Below, piece after piece: positions 61,184-64,000 of a stretch of 64,000 nucleotides of DNA (its first letter is position 1; every line of letters starts with the position of its first letter). The notes under the pieces are model-generated. The model saw nothing but the letters and a program-made list of their open reading frames with translations. It did no database searches and was not told where the DNA came from. Where the stretch lies: positions 15,810,001 to 15,874,000 of the forward strand of contig JBHGNT010000015.1 of NCBI GenBank assembly GCA_043228905.1. Reading direction: 5' to 3'. The position numbers and the translations under genes were made by a program. The DNA comes from Azolla caroliniana. Taxonomy: Eukaryota > Plantae > Polypodiophyta.

Positions 61184-62560
61184 TTGGGGAATGCTCTCCC
61201 CTGCCTCTTGCCGGATGGTAGAAAATAAGCCTACCATTACGGTCTGGTCCACCTCCTTTTGAAAAAAATGCATGAATTTAGCTTTTAAATCTGCAAAGGT
61301 GTTGATGGTAGACGGGTCCTGCGTCCGGCGCCATCTTGTTGCCGGTCCCTCCAATGTGACGCCAAACTCTGCTATCTTAGAGCGTTCTTCTTCCTCCGGT
61401 GTCAGTCGCTGGGACACATGGTTGGCTTCCCATGTCTGTTCAAAGGCGTGCACATGAGCTTCCGCGTCCGGATCATCTCTATACTTGGAGTACTGGAACG
61501 GCATGTCGTCGTCCGGTATCGGTGCGCGGGCTGGTAGTGTTGTTGCTCGTTCCGGAATTTTCTCCGGTGTCGGTGGTCTTTCCCGATTTGATTCCGGTGT
61601 TGGTTGTTTCTCTTCCTTTGGTGACGGAGGCCTCTCCTCTTCGACTTCCGGTGTCGGAGGTCGTTCTTCTTCTGCTGGTTCCGGGGGTTCCAGCGTTAGC
61701 ACTTCCAGTTCCGGTTCCGGTGTCGGTAAGGTATCCGATCCTTCGTCGTCCGGTCCGCCCGGGGTTTCGTTGCTGCTACGGTAGTTCGTGTGCACGCTGT
61801 ATTCCCCTTCGGAGTCCGATTCATATGCTGAAAAGGCCTCTGCTTCGCCTTCTCCGTTTGCCAACGCGTGGAGAAGGGATTCGGTTTCCCGGAGGCTGCT
61901 TAGGCTGCTGCCGTCGTCCGGGTGCGATGTTTGCTGTAACCAGAGGGAGTCCTCCGCTACTCTCCGGATTACGTTGGAAAACGAGCGATCCGCTCTAATT
62001 TCCTGCGCCACTTGCTGGAAAGCCTCGCGTCTCCTTTGCCTTTCGGCAAGGCGTCGAGTTCGATCTGTAGCCAGGTCGTGCGTTGATCTAGACATCCATC
62101 TGTGCCGAGGGCGAAAGATGTAATGTGTTGATATGTATGTGTGATTTTATACGATTATGAGTGTGAATGTAAGTGTGAGTGTGGTAGATACAAAGAGGTG
62201 TGAGTGAGTGACTAGGTGTGAATGCCAAGGGGGCTTGCACCCTTGTGGATCTACCCCTTTGTACCTATTTAACCCCTTATAGGGATTGAATGAATACGTG
62301 AATAACCATTTCTCTCTCTCTCAATCTCTCTCTTGTCATCTCTCTCTTCTATCTCCCCTTATGTTGAACCCCGTTGGGAGGGGGGTGGAGCCATTCTAGG
62401 CACAACCCCCCACCCCACAATGCTTCTCAATGCACATCATGCTATCACCCACAATGATTCTTATCGCCATCACCATTTCCATCTTCATCACTATCAATGT
62501 CATAATCAATCTCTCAATGCTTATCACCAATCATCATAAATGTTAACCCTAAAATTGACA
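61184..62560 (-). mobile_element. Ty3/gypsy 5' LTR (62119..62560) plus truncated gag (62095-61184)
   Basis: Gag-like D.EAHVHAFEQTW...FGVTLEGPATRW...F..LK..F...IRQ..GES. LTR bounded by TG...CA. Nested between two copia pieces. Confidence 0.8.
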
Positions 62561-64000
62561 ATAGGCCGCAAAACGGAGGCCAACGAGGAACCTTTGCAAG
62601 AAGCGGGAGCTTCCACTCTGGCCCGAACCATCAAAACGCAACCGAATGCGGATATTGCGGAAAGCTCGGCCACCACGAAGAAGAGTGCTGAAAGAAGATG
62701 CGTGAATCGGCTTCGACAAGCTGACAACTCACGAATTACGCACACAACTCAGACTACGAAGATCATGGCGGAATGTATGCGCACAACTCCGACCGTGGCG
62801 AAATGTACGGGCACAACTCTGACTACGAAGATCGTGGCGGAGTGTATGCGCACAACTCCGACCGTGGCGGAATGTTCATAATGAAACATAGAGCAAACTC
62901 TATGTCGGCCTCTACCTCAACTAGTGCCCTCAATCCGGAGGACGTATGGTTTGTAGACTCCGGAGCCTCAAACCATATGACATCCCATAAAGAATGGTTT
63001 CTCAAACTTCGAGAGCCGGAGCGACCCGGTTATGTCGAAACCGGAGATGACACTACACACCCGATTCGGCACATCGGCAATGTCCCATTCGGCGAAAGAG
63101 GTAAGCAAACATACATTAAAAATGTCTTGCATGTTCCCACCATCATAAAGAATTTGGTCTAGGTCGGCCAAATGGTTGAGCAAGGGATGCAAGTACGATT
63201 CAATCAAGAAGGGTGCTTCATCGAAAAAGAAGGCCGAATCATCGCACGCGGAAGAAGAGAGGGCCGGATGTTCATTCTCGATTCACACGAGATGAAATCC
63301 GCCATGTTCGCGAAAAGCACGAAAGCCGACTCCGACATAGAGCTATGGCATAAGCGAATTGGCCACATCAATCTCAACAAACTCAAAGCAATGAAATCGA
63401 AAGGAGTCGTCATCGGACTCCCGACATTCAAAGAGAAGGAGATTGAAGGTGTATGCGAAGCGTGCCAATTCGGCAAGCAACACCGACACCCATTTTCGAA
63501 GGAGCGGAACGTGAGCAAAGGCGTACTCGACGTAATTCATTCCGATGTATGGGGTTCGGCTCAAACGGCGACATTCGGCGGATGCCGATATTACGTGCTC
63601 TTCATCGACGACTTTTCTAGGCACACTTGGATCTATCCGATGCGGCAAAAGAGCAAAGTGTTCGGACACTTCCAAAAATTCAAGAATGAAGTCGAGAAAG
63701 CCACGGGCCGACATGTACGTTGTCTTCGATCGGATGGCGGCAAGGAGTACTTCACAGATGATTTCACGGCGTATCTCCGAAAGGAAGGAATTCGGCGAAA
63801 ATTCACTTGCCGACACACTCCACAACAAAACAGAGTAGCCGAGCGCAAAAATCGGCACATCCTCGAAGTAGCGCGGGCCATGATGAACGAGAAGCATATG
63901 CCCTAGTCATATTGGGCCGAAGCTGCAAATACGGCCGTCTACCTAATGAACCGGTGCACAACATTCGGCGTGCACGAGGTCACCCCGTACAAAAAATACT
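62561..64000 (+). mobile_element. Ty1/copia gag-protease-integrase segment with premature stops, continuing beyond the window
   Basis: Zinc knuckle CGYCGKLGHHEEEC, protease DSGASNHM, GAG-pre-integrase WHKRIGH, rve core (HSDVWG, RSDGGKEY, AERKNR). Stops at 63160 and 63904. Confidence 0.95.

Overview
Eukaryotic nuclear DNA from a land plant; a non-seed plant such as a fern is inferred from the BK-type channel and the repeat landscape. Five host genes: the 3' end of a BK/Slo-family K+ channel (+), an intronless plastid-targeted S1-domain protein (+), MSH3 (-, 12 exons), a calcium-dependent protein kinase (+, 8 exons) and a class III starch branching enzyme (-, multi-exon). Between them are a full-length but defective Ty1/copia element (LTRs, PBS, PPT, AATTG TSD), older copia, gypsy, LINE and hAT relics, two solo LTRs with 4-bp TSDs, tRNA-derived SINE-like units and many micro/minisatellites. 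Most notable: an array of six hairpin repeats with variable linkers inside a solo LTR; an ACGG target site shared by both solo LTRs; a 220-nt miRNA-like foldback in an SBE intron; a BK channel whose calcium bowl is replaced by basic residues; a possibly self-priming gypsy LTR; a copia Pol C-terminal extension with a Cys/His motif; and an exact AGGG(TTAGGG)3 G-quadruplex upstream of the S1 gene. All coordinates were read by eye; no database search was run.
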